Assembly (NCBI GenBank): GCA_016178135.1
Contig: JACOTW010000001.1
Span: forward strand, 228-64,227
Length of the DNA stretch: 64,000 nt
Direction: 5' to 3'
DNA from: Candidatus Saccharimonadota bacterium
GTDB lineage: Bacteria; Patescibacteriota; Saccharimonadia; Saccharimonadales; JACOTW01
The position numbers and the translations under genes are program-made. The notes under the pieces were generated by a model, which was not told the origin of the DNA, did no database searches, and was given only the letters and a program-made list of their open reading frames with translations. Below are positions 63,871 to 64,000 of the stretch, piece after piece; positions within the stretch are counted from its first letter, which is position 1; each line of letters opens with the position of its first letter.

Positions 63871-63872
63871 GT

Positions 63873-63923
63873 ACACGCATTTCGCACTTTTCCATCGCCC
63901 CAGATGACACCTGACAGGCTCTA
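63873..63923 (+). repeat. PE-B left portion interrupted by PE-A
   Basis: ACACGCATTTCGCACTTTTCCATCGCCCCAGATGACACCTGACAGGCT. Confidence 0.7.
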
Positions 63924-64000
63924 CTGGACCTGTCGCAAAACTCCTCTATCCCCAGATCGAATTCTATCGGCTACTCTTCGAGTCTGAGCCTGAGGGCTCA
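63924..64000 (+). mobile_element. PE-A (beta subtype) with PE-S, running off the window end
   Basis: CTGGACCTGTCGCAAAACTCCTCTATCCCCAGATCGAATTCTATCGGCTAC followed by TCTTCGAGTCTGAGCCTGAGGGCTCA. Confidence 0.8.

Noticed and set aside
3494-64000. The dispersed ~158-bp repeats might be a CRISPR array or arrays.
   Set aside because: The copies are not regularly spaced, are long imperfect palindromes with TIRs and target-site duplications, lie scattered between genes, and nest inside each other. No cas genes are present.

Overview
This 64-kb window comes from a gene-dense, low-GC (about 40-45% by eye) reduced bacterial genome. The gene content suggests a CPR/Patescibacteria organism, possibly Saccharibacteria: archaeal/eukaryote-type ProRS, a stand-alone RRM protein, a sigma-region-4/HARE-HTH protein, a pilin-fold secreted protein, FemAB+CHAP+CtpA wall enzymes, a stripped-down dcw cluster and no biosynthetic genes. 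That assignment is inference only; no search was run. About 60 CDS are supported, mostly housekeeping and mostly on the + strand: frr-uppS-rseP-CPBP, proS, greA, lysS, serS-hpf, secA, M16 peptidase, prfB, ftsE-ftsX-CHAP hydrolase-ctpA-femAB-like, pyrG, rpmA, xseA(/xseB), recO, glyQS, typA, a GH1 glycosidase, mraZ-rsmH-ftsL-ftsI-mraY-ftsW-murG-ftsQ, topA and dprA. I recognised no rRNA, tRNA or CRISPR array by eye. The stand-out signal is a system of short non-autonomous palindromic mobile elements rather than a gene cluster. At least seven families (named here PE-A, B, C, D, E, G, S; 42-170 bp) have terminal inverted repeats, and several have clean target-site duplications. They fill most intergenic gaps and are nested up to three deep. 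Nearly all lie in one orientation. They interrupt msrA and xseB and rewrite the 3' ends or stop codons of several other genes. They stay stop-free in a frame on both strands. Their tips carry TATAAT/TATACT hexamers 6-9 nt upstream of ATG codons, which looks like promoters for leaderless mRNAs. No transposase lies in the window. Other items: a GC-rich foreign tail-fibre-like/SGNH hydrolase gene behind a G9 tract and next to an iteron-like repeat field; an orphan PafA/Dop-like ligase; a translationally coupled pseudo two-component pair with Glu at both phospho-sites; MraZ and DnaA boxes upstream of mraZ; and a terminator-bounded candidate small RNA near the 3' end. All coordinates were derived by eye from the printed sequence and may be off by a few bases.
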